This document shows positions 40,075 to 54,124 of a stretch of DNA of 64,000 nucleotides, in pieces. Where the stretch lies: the NCBI RefSeq assembly GCF_001194135.2, contig NC_068984.1, positions 26,421,406-26,485,405 on the forward strand, read 5' to 3'. A model generated the notes under the pieces. That model did no database searches, was not told the origin of the DNA, and saw nothing but the letters and a program-made list of their open reading frames with translations. Within the stretch, counting starts at the first letter, position 1. Each line of letters begins with the position of its first letter. This DNA comes from Octopus bimaculoides (lineage: Eukaryota). Position numbers and translations under genes: made by a program.

Positions 40075-40265
40075 TAGTCGTGGCCGATGCCAGTGTCGCG
40101 TAACTGGCACGTAAAAAGCACGCGTTACACTCTTGGAGTGGTTGGCGTTAGGAAGGGTATCCAGCCATAGAAATCACACCAAATCAGATTGGAACCTGGT
40201 GCAGTTCCCCAGCTTACCAGTTTTCAGTCAAACCGTCCAACCCATGCCAGCTTGGAATGATGAGT
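40075..40265 (+). mobile_element. Ceph-like SINE (family E) fragment with RTE-type tail
   Basis: ggagtggttggcgttaggaagggtatccagccatagaaa...aaaccgtccaacccatgccagcttggaatgatgagtatgat. Confidence 0.8.
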
Positions 40266-40370
40266 ATGATACATATTTTTAATTAGTTTTCCTTGTTTCT
40301 GACTTTTCTTTTTAAAGCCATGATAGATACGAAAAGAATGGAGAAAGAAACAATTGCGTTGTTTTAATCT

Positions 40371-40376
40371 TTTATT
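40371..40376 (-). promoter_or_regulatory. candidate polyadenylation signal of Mox
   Basis: AATAAA on the minus strand about 330 nt downstream of the Mox stop. The motif is common in AT-rich DNA, so this is weak. Confidence 0.3.
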
Positions 40377-40701
40377 TTATATTGAGAAAATAGGTAAAAT
40401 GTCTGTAAAAAAGTAAAAGTAAAAAAAAAAAAATCATATCCATGGCTCTTGAAAATGCCAAAGTATTTCCCTACCGTGATTCCTTTGGCACATATACCAA
40501 GCTTAAGTAACTGCAGCCTTTAACTTACGCACACTCATACACATTTAGTCATACATAATCTCTACATACAAGGATGTATATATGCACATTCTGCTCTTTT
40601 GGGAAATCTGTTGCATTTTTCTTTGCTCGGAAATATGCATTTAAATTTTTGTCTCTTTGATTAAACCTTGGTAAGTCTTTGATTTTTTTTTTTTAATAAA
40701 A

Positions 40702-40827
40702 TTAACTCGTCGATGTGATCGAAGGCGCCATTATTGGTTTGATTTGACCATCAACTTTGTCTTTTACTAGTTTTGTTCCTTTCACTCTTTTCCATTTCAT
40801 TCGACGATTTTGAAACCACACTTTGAC
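40702..40827 (-). CDS. Mox: Mox/Meox homeobox gene, terminal coding exon (helix 3 and C-terminus)
   Basis: Not in the ORF track because it is too short. Minus strand reads CTTTCTGTTACAG|GTC AAA GTG TGG TTT CAA AAT CGT CGA ATG AAA TGG AAA AGA GTG AAA GGA...AGT TAA, giving VKVWFQNRRMKWKRVKGTKLVKDKVDGQIKPIMAPSITSTS*. It is in frame with the 44740 donor across a 3912-nt GT-AG intron. Confidence 0.96.
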   Translation of the reverse strand, partial: VKVWFQNRRMKWKRVKGTKLVKDKVDGQIKPIMAPSITSTS

Positions 40828-41568
40828 CTGTAACAGAAAGAAAAAGAAGCAATTTTAGTAAATGCACTAAATTATTTCTTGTTTTAGATAAAATATATAG
40901 AAAAATTTGCTATTGAGTTTTCGATCGTTGTCTGTTGCGCTCTGTGGATACACAACACTGACTGCAAGCGAAGGAAAAACCAAAATGGTTCAATACACGC
41001 ATTCGCATGTAAAGACGAGCGAAATACATTTTACCCGACGTGCTAGTGATTCTGCCAGTGTGCCACCTTAAGAGCTGTAAAATATATTAAAATTTACTTC
41101 ACATAGTTCAACATCACCTGATGTAGAACTCAGTATATTGGGTAGAGTGAATAGATATGTTTATTATATCGCAAGTTGACTTTTGTCCTACGCTGGGCTG
41201 TTCATAACTGCCAACTAGTTTATCTAAATTTTACATATGTGGATATTCTATCTGTCTGTCTATTTAAAATATCCACGTGTAAACTATTGATGCCAACCCG
41301 ACAGTTTTTTTCCCATTAAATGGTTGATATTAATAATCGTTAAATTTACACAACGAATACAAATTTTCTAGCTCATCCACCCAATGATAAAAGTAATGAT
41401 GTTATTGGCGAGTAGTCTCCATAGGTGCCATCCTTATCTTAAATCGTTGATACAAATCTAAATAGGTATTCCATAGGAAATCTCTATTCATGTATTAAAT
41501 GCTCCTTTAATATCTGAGTAGAAATTCATGTTTCATAGCTTGAGCATAAGATTTTTTATTATTTAGCT

Positions 41569-41607
<39 letters not shown>

Positions 41608-41684
41608 NNNNNNNNNNNNNNNNNNNNNNNNNNNNNNNNNNNNNNNNNNNNNNNNNNNNNNNNNNNNNNNNNNNNNNNNNNNNN

Positions 41685-41725
<41 letters not shown>

Positions 41726-43025
41726 CTGATGACTGTAAACACAAGTGAAACTCAAGACTAGTAAGAGACTTATTCGACAAAAGTGTGTGTACGTATTTTT
41801 TCTGTGTTCCTTTTTGTAAAACACAACTTTACTTGTTAAATATGCCTTCATTGATCAGCACTTAAAATACAAAATGACGAACATGAAATGAAAGCCATTA
41901 CAACCATTTTCCGTTGTGCAAGACATTCAAATATTTAACTTCAAATTTGCCATTTGAGAAATCCAACGATGCTGAAAGAATGTATGGTCTACAATGCTGC
42001 AACTGTACGTTGTTGGAATACAACAAAAAAAACTTTAATTGAAAAGCCGGACCCAAATATTATATGTTCGGGGCTTAGTGAAGCGTAAAACACCTGAAGT
42101 GCATTTTCAGAGACTCTTGACGCCTTCATGTTTCTCGGTTTTAGAATAATTAAGACGATGCTGAGAAATAAGATACGCCATTCTGTAACCGTCTGCTGAT
42201 TCGGTTCCAGAAGTAGATATATATGAAAATCATGAGGAAAACATTACTCTTGAACAATCTCAAAACAAATTTCTTTAACCCAGTCTCGGGTGTTTTCTTT
42301 TCATTCCTTTTTTCTTTCTGTCATGTTCTTTTCTTTTTTGCTTTTTTACTGATGGAACTGAAGCAATGTTTTTCGCTGAAAATATGCCCTACATTATTAT
42401 ACAGACTGTAAATATTTATAATATCCAAAATATAACATCTTTCGGTTATTTATCAACAGATTGAAGGAGGAGCGGTGTCTGAGTGGTTTAAAGGATGGAT
42501 TACTGGAAAAGTTGCTTCTTGAAACTTGCTTTCAAAGAGTGTTCGTGAAAGTAGCAAAGCACTTTACAATACATTCCGTCGTCTATCTCGTTAACTAAAT
42601 TATTAGTAATCAAATTAATTAGTCGCTTAACCTGTTAGAAACAACACCCGAATTTACTTGAATTATATCCTACAGTAGTAAGAGAGCAACATAGATAACT
42701 CTAAATAAAAGTGATGCTCATGGTTAGAATGCTTCTGTTATTAGATCAGCCTTAACTGGGCTATCCTGATGTTAGGAAGCAAGAACGACCAGTTAGCTCA
42801 TTTATACAGAGTAACAAACAGCAAAATATGAGAAATATAAAATGCCAGGTAAAGGAAATACGTATGAGGCATTAAACAAACACAACGATGTATTGTAAAT
42901 TTCAACGAAAAAGTAGGTGAATGAATCGTTTATGCTATATTAATTATGTAAATGTAGCAAAACACGTGAATTTTGTGTGTTCTATACAATGTAAATATAC
43001 ATAAATACACGCACGCACTCACTCA

Positions 43026-43112
<87 letters not shown>

Positions 43113-43963
43113 ACACACAACATGCGCATGGTACATTGTTTCTGCTTCCGTCCTACTGCGCAACATCTCGGGTAAATATCTTCCAAGATGGCCCAGAGTG
43201 GAACAATTCCTTATGGGCCAATTTGATACACGAGGACTGCGCGGAAAGCCGTCTTGTATGTGTATGTGTGTGTATAGAATGCAATCATACTTGAGTACCA
43301 ACAACCTTGAAGGATTTAGTCGATCAAAACGCATCCAGTCCTTATATTTTTAAGGTTAGTACTCATTCGTTTGTTCCGAACGGCTGCGTTATATGTTTAC
43401 AAACACACGCGTGCGAGCGCAGATGCAAATCCAATGCTCAAGAATTCTTTTTTCTTTAAAACACTCACATATATACATATAACTGGAAATACGTTTATAA
43501 TTCTTTGTGAAACAATTTCTTTTATGCTGTTAAAGCTGAAGGAAAATCCATGCACATCACACTATTCCATTTCCTCAGGCCTCTATAAGATCATGTTTTA
43601 TGTCAGAAACCAATATTCTTAGCAATAGTAGTATCGCTCGTCATCTAGCAGACCGTAGGCTCCCAGCAAGTTAAACTTCTGACACGGCTTATGACCATTT
43701 CACTGGAGCTGCTAATTCCTTCAGGAATGGCACAAATATCCACATAAACATTCATTTCTCCTAGCTAAATGTGCTGAGACCTTATTAGATGAAATAAACC
43801 AATATAAGAGATCCAGTATTCTATCAAAGAGCATAAGCCTTTGACCTTGCTAATACACAAATAATTTAAGATACTCTACTTGTGTTCTGTACTATTTCAT
43901 AGTTCCTTTTTAAAACGGCTGAGTGTGGATCGAGTGATCACGAAGAAAGTTTATCATTGGGCT

Positions 43964-44318
43964 ATCATCATCATCATCGTCATCGTTTAACGCCTGCTTT
44001 CCATGCAGGCATGGGTTGGACGGTTTGACTGAGAACTGGCAAGCCGGGAGGCTGCACCAGGCTCCAATCTGATTTGGCAAGGTTTCTACAGCTGGATGCC
44101 GTTCCTAACGCCAACCACTCCGAGAGTGTAGTGTGTGCTTTTTACGTGCCACCGACACAGGTATCGGCCACGCTTGAATGGTGCTTTTTATGTCCACCAG
44201 CACGGGTGCCAAGCAGGCGGCACTGGCATCGGCCACGCTCGAATGGTGCATTTTACATGCCATCGGCACAGATGTCAGTCCGGCGGCACTGTCAACTGCC
44301 ACGACTATGATTTCACTC
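43964..44318 (-). mobile_element. Ceph-like SINE (family E) in Mox intron, with internal tandem subrepeats
   Basis: (atc)n tail plus gtttaacgcctgctttccatgcaggcatgggttggacgg...ggatgccgttcctaacgccaaccactcc. The unit gcttttacgtgccacc-like recurs three times. Confidence 0.85.
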
Positions 44319-44739
44319 AGCCATTTATTTTTTCAGTAGTAATTTCTTTCGAAATACAGTGAGTGGATATTAATATGCTCAAATAGTCATATAGGGTTAT
44401 CTATGAGCGTGTGGAAGATACGATTCGTCAGTCACCGAAATATGTAACTCATATACAGTGCTCCATCGATTATTGAATTCTTCTAACCACAAGGATTTTT
44501 TTTTTTAATTGTGGGCTGAAATTTTTCAATAATGCTTTTATATTGTTAAGTAGTGTTTGTCGTCACCTAATAAAGATTTTCTAAATAAGCTAAATTGGTA
44601 ATTTCATTTGTTAAACCCTAAAACAATGTTAATGTTTTTCTTGAATTCATCGTAGTTGAAACATTTTCTGTTAAACAGGGATCTTACAATACCACCCTGC
44701 ACCTGTGTATGTATGCGCACGCCAAAGAATTCTTCTTAC

Positions 44740-44915
44740 CTGTCTTTCTGTTAGACTCAAAGACACTGCAATTTCATAACGTCTTAATCTGGTCAAATAA
44801 TTTTGTCGTGAAAATTCATTTTCTAATTCGCGTATTTGATTTTTCGTAAAGGCTGTCCTCTCTTTTCTAGGTTTCACATTGAAGTTTAATTTGAATGAAT
44901 CTGATGCTGCATCGT
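44740..44915 (-). CDS. Mox: Mox/Meox homeobox gene, internal coding exon (homeodomain residues 1-44)
   Basis: Minus strand reads TTTCCTTCAG|AC GAT GCA...GAA AGA CAG|GTAAG. The exon is 176 nt with a phase-1 acceptor and phase-0 donor. It encodes [69 protein letters not shown] and [13 protein letters not shown] are Mox-family signatures. Confidence 0.96.
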
Positions 44916-47394
44916 CTGAAGGAAACAAAAAAGTACATAATTTATATTATATTATATATTTTAAAGTGTCAATAATAGATTAACAGACCGAGCAAAGAAA
45001 ATGGAAATATGAGTAAATATTTAGAAATAATTCTTCATTTTGAATAAAGACAAATGTTACTCTCTTTGGCAATGACCTTGCATAATGTAAATATATTTTC
45101 TGCAAACACTGACACATTTTCCCTCTTTCGTATGAAAGCAGTAATATTTTTGGTAGAAATATTTGCTATAGTATTTGTTGCTTTATCATACACTCCTTGT
45201 ACTTTACACGATGAAATACTAGTAATACAAATAGTGTAAAAATGAGAGCGTTCAAAAGGTTTCTAGGTTGATCCTAATAATAAATCAACAACACCTCCAG
45301 CAATTTGAAAAATATAAAAATAAGTGCAGCCATAAATATTCGTGGGTCCAATAAACTTATAACTCTTTAATAACATTTCACTTCCCTATCCTTTGTTTAC
45401 TTGTTTCGGGTTCATTAAAAAGAAGACCGAAAAAAGTAGCGAAAGTAAAAAACTTTTGAAAACTAAGAGGAAATCAAACGAAAAGAAAAACATCTTAGTG
45501 ACACTAAAGATATTTCAAGTTTCGAACAGGCTGTTTTGTGAATTAGGAAACCTTAAAAGTCAAAAGTAAAATAATAATAAATAAAATGAAATGTGGGGCG
45601 GGCGATAGAGAGAGTAGGGAGAGGCAGCGGAAAGAAGACGAGCTGTTTCTATATTTTCGGTATGAATCACCTAAATGTCCCTCAAATCATGTATCCTGAA
45701 GCTTGTGTAAATATTTTAACAGACAAACCCACTGCCTTTAGTAAAAAGATACGATGGTAGGTTCTGTAGCTCAGAAACATCAGACGTTTGCAGGAGTGCT
45801 AGAAAAAACACGCGCTCTTTTGTCTGCTTACACCACGGGAGAAACCTCCACTCTTGTGTGTTGTACAAACAGGATAATGCGCGTGCGCATTGAGAAATTA
45901 GCTCCCTGCAAAAGCAAAAATAAAATGTGGGGAAAGCAACTTGAAACGGCAATTTTCAAAGTTCTGAAGAATTTATAGTACCTGTAAGCGAAATATATGG
46001 CTTTGAATTTTATTACTGACTGTTTTCGATGAGTCAAGAAATGACATTTATTTTCAAGCTACAACTGACAAGCCTGAATAAAGCTTACTTTACAAAATAT
46101 TGCCTCGAAACTCTTAAAAAACGAAACAGGAATTCTTAAATGTTACGGTTTCAATTTCAATATAATCGGAAAAGTAAAGTCGCATTTAATTGTTATGCCT
46201 TTTCAGGACCAAGTTGATGGGAGCTGTTCTGTAACAATAACAACTCAAGATTGAAATCTATTTATATTTAATATAAATAATAAACATTTAAGACAAGTAA
46301 AAGCCAAGTTATATATCACAGTTAATATAAGTATTTGACACAGTAACTCTCGTACCAATGCTTGAAGACAATATACTATTAATCAAGATGATACGAAACT
46401 CAATTTGTACAGCTGCATGATAAAGATGGATGTTGCTGGTTATATTGAAGGGAACATGCTTATTAAGATCTCATAAAATTCAAAAAAATTTGCAAGACAA
46501 TCGTCAATATATACCAAACACAAAACACCAAATAAAACGAAGGCCTTTGGCAAATTAGGCCAACTAACAATGTATTTAATTATACAATCTCTTATTTATT
46601 TACTATTCTCCTATTTCGTGCTTTGCTTCCATGCTGACCAATGATACTTTTCTATTTTTCAATCTTATTTTCAATGTTGGCATCGATCTCATGTGATAAT
46701 CAATTTCAGTATTTACTCAAATTGATTTTATGATTGTCGGACCCTTATTAAGATAAATTAGGAATATTTAAACTCTCAGAAGTTCAGCGTTCCAATTACA
46801 TATGTTCATGATCCAAAAGCTAAAAATTTTCCATTGTTGTCACATCATTATGTGCATAAATCTTTATTAAAATACAATCTGATAAATTAAATTTTTTTAG
46901 TTGTATATTTTATACTCTGACAATCACTATTATGTTTATGACCGTCAAGCCAATAAGGACGAAATATGGGCTAAGATTGATATTTCCTATCATCAGTTTA
47001 GAAGGGTTTGGGGACTAAAATTTTGATTTGGTAGAATTACTTTCTTAGTCCTCCCACATTACAAAAACAGAATTTTGATTTTGTTAACAAAAAAAAATAG
47101 AAAAAGTACTAGGCGTCACAGTGTGTATTGGGTGAATTGTTTAGTAACTTGTGATATCTGAGTATCTAAAAAATGAAATCGCTATCCACTCAGCTTAGGA
47201 AATGCAGGAAAAAAAAAGAGAAAAAGAAAAACTCCACTAATCTTGTAATGGCTTCTGGAGCAAATAAGAAAATACATTGAATAAAAAATGTTACTGCTAA
47301 ATTATCACTAATTTCTTCTGTCAAAAATGCATGTGCTTCAATGTTAATGGAATCTAAAGGTAAAGTAAAACTCTCAACTCGACTCCGTCGGTCA

Positions 47395-47725
47395 CTAATG
47401 ACCATGGGTGCACCTAAAAGATTCCCCTCCGGAGGACAAGTCTGGGCGGAAAGTCACCTCATCGACGAATGCACAACCTAGTGTTGTTTTTATGGAAGAC
47501 CACCAGTTGCCCATGCATACCATCCCCCCCTCTCTACGCCATCGATGTTATCCAAGGAAATGGCAAAGGCCGATACAGCTTGGCACCAGTGACGTCGCAA
47601 CTCATTTCTACAGCTGAGCGAACTGGAGTAATGTGAGCTAAAGTGTCTTGGTCAAGAACACAACATGCAGCCCGATCCGGGAATCGAACTCGACGCTCTA
47701 ACCACTGAGCCATGCGCCTTCACAA
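47395..47725 (-). mobile_element. tRNA-derived SINE (family C-like head, different tail)
   Basis: Minus head gtgaaggcgcatggctcagtggttagagcgtcgagttcgattcccggatcgggctgcatgttgtgttcttgaccaagacac. The tail carries gtatcggcctttgccatttccttggataacatcgatgg. Confidence 0.8.
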
Positions 47726-48324
47726 AGGTAAAGTATAACTATCTTAATTATCGAATAGTTTGTAAGGATTCCTCAAATGATTGCTTGAAAACCGAGTAAA
47801 CAGGAAACCAGGGTATTATTTTCTTTGTATACGAAGTCATAATTGATTCAATGACTCAATTCTGCTCACAACTGTGATATAGGTCAGAGATTATACTTGT
47901 CCAAGTGACCAATTCACTCTTGACTAACATTTCAGTGAGGATTTGAGAGATGCAAAGATGGCGTTGAGTATCGTAGTAGAACTTTAGAATAACGTGGCTG
48001 TACATAACGTCTCATTAGCAAAATACGTTACTCAGGAATTTGCTGCTAATCTTCAGATACAAAATGAAGTTCATATGGAGTTAAATAAGCTGAGGTTTTA
48101 CTTAACATCTCGCAGCTGGGATTTTAAACATTCAATTTCATTTATTTCAGAAAAATATTAGACAAAACAACTGCTCACATTTACGTTAACCAAAAGTACG
48201 GAGGTAATCCCAAATGAAAATGCCAGTTTCCTAAAGTAAAATTAAATTTTCATTTCGTTTTTTTTTCCCAGACATTATTTTTTTTTAAAAAGTAATTGTT
48301 AGAATGGGTAAAGGTGATAGAGCC

Positions 48325-48368
<44 letters not shown>

Positions 48369-48378
48369 NNNNNNNNNN

Positions 48379-48422
<44 letters not shown>

Positions 48423-49518
48423 GTTTCTGTGTTCGTTTCAGATTCGCCTCATATAGAAAAGAACGAACCTGTAGCTTTTGAAATCGCAAGAGACCTGACA
48501 AGATCTGTCGTTAATGATATCTTTCTGAAGAGAATGTTTATAAAACAACTTTCATGATTTTCAGTGATTATATATTTCTTGTACCACAAAACCAAGATCC
48601 ATTACAAAACAATCCGTCGATCCTCTTAAAATAATTTGTTTATAGTAAGACAACCAACCATGCCATATGTTGTCTCAACGTCAAGAGAATGGGAATTAAA
48701 TTCCAAAAAATATATGGTTTTCGATTTGTTTACTTTGCTGGTTTTAAAGCATATTAGCTTCTGAAAAATGTCTACACTTTTGCAGGAATGAGGGTGATAG
48801 ATATTAATTTTCGTTTTCAGTTAGATTAAAACAAGCACTTATTACACGCTTTCATAACAAATATCAACTTATGCACAATCAGTTTTCGTTGACTTCTGAA
48901 CTGAGGCAAAAAAAGAACAATTAGGCTTTTGATATATATTTCTTTCAGACACTCAATACCTCAGTTTAATAAAGGATGAGTAAGAAGAGCTATAAACTTA
49001 CGTCTTCATTAACAAACCATTATAAATATGCTACTTGTACAATGATTCAGGCACAAATATCACTTCGTGGTTAAGAAGTTGACTTCCGTGTTATGTAGCT
49101 TCGAATTCAATCTGACTGTGCAGCTATTTTTGTCAAGTGTCTTCCACTACAGCTCTTCGCTGACTAAAGAATTGTAAATGAATTCGAGAGAAGGAAACTG
49201 AAAGAAGTCCAGCACATATATATACACATATGCGTAAATATATATACACATATCGTTGCTATTATATTAAACTGTAGTATGTCCAAATTTGGTCAAATGC
49301 ATCTTTCAAAATTTATTTCTGCTTGCTGGTTCTTTTGGTCAAGCTGTCGTCTCTCGAGCTGCTTCAGATGCCAAGGTATCAAAAATTGTCAAAGTGTAGT
49401 ACAACTCTTTTGCTATGGAACGGTGAAACTATTTTTTCGTTTTCTGAAAAAAGCAATGTTTTGCACTTACGACACTTTTGCATAATAGCAACGTATGTAT
49501 GTATATATATATATATAT

Positions 49519-50385
<867 letters not shown>

Positions 50386-50602
50386 TCATGGAATCCACAT
50401 ACTTTTGAATTTCTCATTCAAATTTGGAGGAATAAACTATATGCTGCTCAACATTACGCCTGTTTAGTTTCATTTGCTTTGACTAAGTAGTTTCTCGCGA
50501 ATTTACGGGAGTCATAAAGATATCGACACAGCTTGTCAAGCTGTGGTCGGGAACAAACAGACGCAGACAGACAGACACACACACGATTGATTTCTTTTTA
50601 AT

Positions 50603-50734
50603 TTCCGGCTATGAATTCTACTCACAAGGGTTGGATTGGCCCGAGGCTCGAATACAAGACACATGCCAAGGTGTCACACAGTGGGACTGAACCCGGAACC
50701 ATGTGGTTTAGAAGCAAACCCTCTCACCACACAG

Positions 50735-50737
<3 letters not shown>
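50603..50737 (-). mobile_element. SINE family B 5' part
   Basis: Reverse complement of the family B head and CORE-like domain (gccaaggtgtcacacagtgggactgaacccggaaccatgtgg...ccacacagct). Confidence 0.85.
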
Positions 50738-50780
<43 letters not shown>

Positions 50781-50869
50781 NNNNNNNNNNNNNNNNNNNN
50801 NNNNNNNNNNNNNNNNNNNNNNNNNNNNNNNNNNTGTGTGTGTGTGTATACATGTATATATATTCTTTG

Positions 50870-50920
<51 letters not shown>

Positions 50921-50964
50921 TCGACAGATATGCATGTGTGTCTTCTTGCTTTAAGCAAGTCTGG

Positions 50965-51140
50965 TTAGTTTCCTGTCATGTGTGAAAAAAATATTTGGCC
51001 GCAGAATAATATTACCTTGTTTGTAAACAGTAGACGGTCAGCGACGGGAAGGGTATCCGGCCACAGAAAATCTGCCGAAATGAATTCCATCTGACTTGTG
51101 CAGGCATGGAATAGTATACGTTAAAACGATGATAACAATG
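50965..51140 (+). mobile_element. Ceph-like SINE variant 3' part
   Basis: ggtcagcgacgggaagggtatccggccacagaaaatctgcc...gcaggcatggaa...cgttaaaacgatgata. Confidence 0.7.
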
Positions 51141-51199
51141 ACAACTCAATGTATTCATGCGTAAATATCCATATAACAACATAATATTGGTTTCAAATT

Positions 51200-51350
51200 C
51201 TGACACAAGGACAGTAAGTTCGGTGCATGGGGTACGCTGATTTTATCGACCCGTGTTCGACTGGCATTTATTTTATCGACCCCGAAATGACCTCGGTGGA
51301 CTTTGACTTCAAAACGTAAAACGTTTCTGTCAGCTCGCCGCACCACGTTT
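51200..51350 (-). mobile_element. SINE family A, diverged and deleted
   Basis: ttttatcgaccccgaaatgacctcggtggactttgac...tgtcagctcgccgc. Confidence 0.65.
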
Positions 51351-51544
51351 AAACATTTTATTAATTTTTGGCTCAAGGTTTCTTTTTTTTTTTTTTTTCT
51401 ATTTTTTTCTATTAGTTTTTCGCACTCCCTACCTTAAATAGGTTAACACTAAGTTAGCTACAGTTTTTCATGCTGATGCTATCTCGGAATAATTTGTTTA
51501 GAAGCAATTCTGTTATCCAACGCTAATTAATATACAAAAGGCGT

Positions 51545-51690
51545 CGCCGTGTGATTAGACGTTTGTTTTCTTACTTCCGGGTTTAGTTCAACTATGTGGT
51601 GCATTGGACAAGTGACTTCTACTATAACCTCATGTCGACCAAAGCCTTGTGAGTGGATTTGGTTGATAGAAACTTAAAGAAACTTGTCAT
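51545..51690 (+). mobile_element. SINE family B, diverged
   Basis: cattggacaagtgacttctactataacctcatgtcgaccaaagccttgtgagtggatttgg. Confidence 0.75.
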
Positions 51691-52175
51691 GAATATAACC
51701 TGCTCGTATTTCTCCCTCGAGCCTACCTCCAAAATATTATCAGCGGCCAATTTCTTTTGAGTGTACAGATTGGTACATGTGAACGAATATATTGACAAAG
51801 CGCCTAAAGTGGGGAAAACAATCTCAGCAAATGTTTGTATATTATTAAGTTGGAAAAATTAATAGCTCCTCTATTAATTAGCAGATAATTAGCCTACATT
51901 TCGAGTATATTTTCTCCTTCACAGCACTGTCATGACTGCTGCTGTTGTTTGCTGTGATGGTAGCGATAGTGGGTAGCAAGAACAAGGACCATACTTTGTC
52001 CAAACAAAGACACATTCCAAGTGTTTAGATACAGACGGCGTAGTGTTCTGTTACTAGTGATATGACGGAGGTTAAAATCATTATTGCTTAGATGTCAAAA
52101 CACATCTTATTTGAAATTACGTGCGCGGAAACCTACGTATGTGATGATGTTAGTATACGCACAGTCTCTTTCAGA

Positions 52176-52244
<69 letters not shown>

Positions 52245-53315
52245 CGTGCGCACGCGCACGTATGCACTCGCTCCAAGCTGAATCTATTCAATGTTTCCCG
52301 TTTCCAATTCTCGGGCGATCAGAGATCAGGAACAAAAAAGGTTGAGTAAATATTCCAGCCCAGCCAATACCATAATAGTATTGAGTACTTTCTTTCACCT
52401 TAGTGCATTTTACACCAATCTGATAATACTAACGAGTGTGTTTGTGCTCAGTTACAGACTTACACGCATGGACAGTGTATATTATCTATACTTATAGTCC
52501 ACATTATACAACCGCAGCGTGCGTGCACACACACAAAGAAATCTTTTATTTGAGAAGTATACGAAAATTGGGGGAAATCTAATATGACTATGAACAAGAT
52601 AGTTGTTGTTTACATATTACGCACTATACGCAAACTTATTTGTCTGAGAATTCATGCCTGGAGTAAGAAGTTATTTTTATTGAAGTGAGTAACATGCTTT
52701 ATGAGGAGATTCATTCTGAACATAGTCATCATGGTTTCGATTTCGTGCAGGAGGCTCATTCACTTCAGTTACTGTTCCTTCCACAAACACATTCCCCAAG
52801 AAAGCAGATACCTTCAATTTACTGCTACACAGCTTTTACTTGCTTACTCACTCTGTCTATCTGTCTCTCTTTCAAAAATACTCCGAACATCACAACATCT
52901 AAAACTAGCCGAACGTTTACTTTTGGACTGTTTCTAACTCGGCCCCAGCGCTTTCAAATTCAGCATATCTGACTATAAATAAGTAGCAGGAAGTTCTTGG
53001 CTCCTTGCGTTAATCGAATTGATAAATGATCAGGAGCAACACAGCCGTAATCATTCTAGCTTTTGGTACGATTATAGCTACATTGCCCTTCCCTTTATAA
53101 GACATTAGGGTATTATTAAAAAGGAGGAAAAGGCGGTGAGAAGTACCAGTTACGCACAAAATTTCAGACATTGTGCCTATTCTTTTTTACTCGTTTCAGC
53201 CATGCGGTTGTGGCTATGCTGGAGCACCATCGTGGATAGAAAAGATTTTTAATAAGGAGGAATTACCTGTTATCTTTTGCAGAAGCTCAAAGTAGTGAAG
53301 CACTTTGTAATTATA

Positions 53316-54124
53316 TGAGGGGTTTAGTAACAGAGTGTCGTAAGCGCCATCCCAGCCATTTTCAAGAATTAGTATATCATTCTCTTTGTCTTGACATCTA
53401 GAATACGGAAAAGTTGAGACGAAAAACCGGTGAGGCTTGCAATAAGGTCGAAAATCCAGCTGAAAAATTGTTTTACCTCAACGCTATTGACACGACGCTC
53501 GCTCACCCAAACTCGGACCAGAGAGTTTAGTAATACACCACCGTAAGCACGCACGCTCACTCAATAACTCTGGTGTGTTCCCTGCATTGTTTTTCGAGGT
53601 GTTATTGCTCATTTTCTAATATTCCTCGGTAACGATAACGGGCTATTATTTTACTATCTGGTAGTAAGTACCAGTTACGCACAAAATTTCAGGCCATGTG
53701 CCTATTCTTTTTACTCGTTTCATCCATGCGGTTGCGGTCATGAGGAAGCACCACCGTAGGTAGAAAGATGCTTACCTGGGTATATTAAAGCACAAGCAAT
53801 ACCGTTGGGAGGGGGGTCTCTGTATGTTTTTTTCTAGGTATTATGGCTAAAATATGCAATGCAATGCACCGTTTTGTAGCATCGGTATATTCTACAAAAT
53901 GAGAAAGACGCAGTCCCTCTTTCAGATGCATACATAAATAAATAATTTTACATAGATGGAATGATTAGAGGAAGTCTTCGCGGTCATTGTTTTAATGACC
54001 AAGACCAGCTTCATAAATTCATTCTTTGCCGAGATATCACATTCTGAAAGTCGCGAAACTTTGACTGCGTTTTTCTCGGTTTTTAAGTTGTGGCGCTTAC
54101 GACGGTCCGTTACTAAACGCTTCA
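53316..54124. mobile_element. old mariner-like MITE
   Basis: 34-bp TIRs with 29/34 identity (tgaggggtttagtaacagagtgtcgtaagcgcca vs tgaagcgtttagtaacggaccgtcgtaagcgcca), each flanked by TA. Confidence 0.7.

Noticed and set aside
44671-44928. ORF-track start (MFPS) and end ([11 protein letters not shown]...) as part of the Mox protein
   Set aside because: These are intron read-through beyond the 44915 acceptor and the 44740 donor.
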